Shown here: positions 63,231 to 64,000 of the stretch, piece by piece
How positions within the stretch are numbered: position 1 is the first letter of the stretch
How the letters are laid out: every line of letters begins with the position of its first letter
Assembly (NCBI GenBank): GCA_010909165.1
Contig: MU008217.1
Location: 1-64,000 of the forward strand
Direction of reading: 5' to 3'
DNA length: 64,000 nt
From: Anthoceros angustus
Lineage: Eukaryota; Plantae; Anthocerotophyta
Made by a program: the position numbers and the translations under genes
The notes under the pieces: generated by a model
Told to the model about the DNA's origin: nothing
The model's input: only the letters and a program-made list of their open reading frames with translations
The model's database searches: none

Positions 63231-64000
63231 ATGGCCAAACGGAAAAAACATTACTACAATAATATAAATTAAACCACTTCTTGTTCTTCTTGTTCTTCTT
63301 CATCTTCTTCTTGTTCTTCTTGTTAGGCTTTCCTAAGGTGCAAGGATGATTTCAAGGATGAGCAATTTTACCTTTGCATTCGTCTAGACCATTTTACCGA
63401 CCACTTATTGTTTGATAGATGTTCAATTTTACCTTTGCATTCGTCTAGACCATTTTACCGACCACTTATTGTTTGATAGATGTTCAATTTTATGGACCAC
63501 TTATTGTTTGATAGATGTTCAATTTTACCGAGCACTTATTGTTTGATAGATGTTCAATTTTACCTTTGCATTCGTCTAGACCATTTTACCGACCACTTAT
63601 TGTTTGATAGATGTTCTAATTGTTTTCTTGTGAATACATAAGCATTGGGATTCTCATCTTCTTCTCTTCTTCTTCCTCTTCATCTTCTTCTTGTTCTTCT
63701 TCATCTTCTTCTTCTTCTTCTTCTTGTTTGAATTTTACCGACCACTTATTGTTTGATAGATGTTCAATTTTATACACCACTTATTGTTTGATAGATGTTC
63801 AATTTTATACACCACTTATTGTTTGATAGATGTTCAATTTTACCGCAATCATATATCGACAAGCTAGGGCACAAGTAACACTAAATATGCACAAGTTCCA
63901 CTAAGTACTTAAGCATCTAACTGCACACCAAAGTGTGTAGTTACAAACCTTGGAGGTTAAGTAGGGTGCGATTCGTCTTGCTACACTTATTGTTTGATAG

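Larger units (their letters stand above)
1..64000. repeat. Complex satellite array built from a closed set of a few kb of modules (ordered macro-units plus a scrambled domain)
   Basis: Almost every stretch recurs elsewhere in the window in the same orientation. For example the module GGAGACCCCAATACTTTAGTGTAGATGAGACCATCC occurs about 45 times by manual count, from 309 to ~55400. Confidence 0.97.

Noticed and set aside
1-64000. rDNA intergenic spacer, telomeric array or a strict ~58 kb higher-order period
   Set aside because: No rRNA sequence and no TTTAGGG runs are present. After ~63230 the sequence does not continue the unit-1/unit-2 order.

Overview
The whole 64 kb window is one AT-rich, eukaryotic (plant-like) complex tandem-repeat array. 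I find no intact protein gene, rRNA, tRNA, CRISPR array or recognisable autonomous mobile element, and nearly all listed ORFs are by-products of repeats. Positions 1 to ~18.8 kb hold four related macro-units of about 4.1-5.0 kb starting at 1, 4920, 9901 and 14041. From ~18.8 kb to ~60 kb the same few kb of sequence modules recur in scrambled order, joined at short (mostly 5-11 nt) microhomologies, with many small loops expanded into mini-satellites of 12, 25, 32, 35, 50, 53, 61/62, 87 and 90 bp plus (TTC)n-type tracts. A largely ordered part-unit reappears at ~60.1-63.2 kb. The minus strand of the unit carries decayed, intron-retaining pieces of a plant ALY/REF (ALYREF/THOC4-family) mRNA-export adaptor gene: the N-terminal SLDDLIK motif, an APY..K exon end with GT donor, an AGI.xxxK exon-2 remnant with GT donor, the LDGKPMxIE RRM end, and the C-terminal SAExLDAELDxYH motif. 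The unit therefore looks like a gene-derived satellite. Short strand inversions occur only at 57.7-59.6 kb. Copy-to-copy differences are mostly small indels at CG/CHG sites and homopolymers, which suggests long-read (nanopore-type) error on methylated DNA. Main caveat: from sequence alone I cannot exclude that the scrambled architecture is an assembly, amplification or in-silico artefact, so read-level validation comes first.
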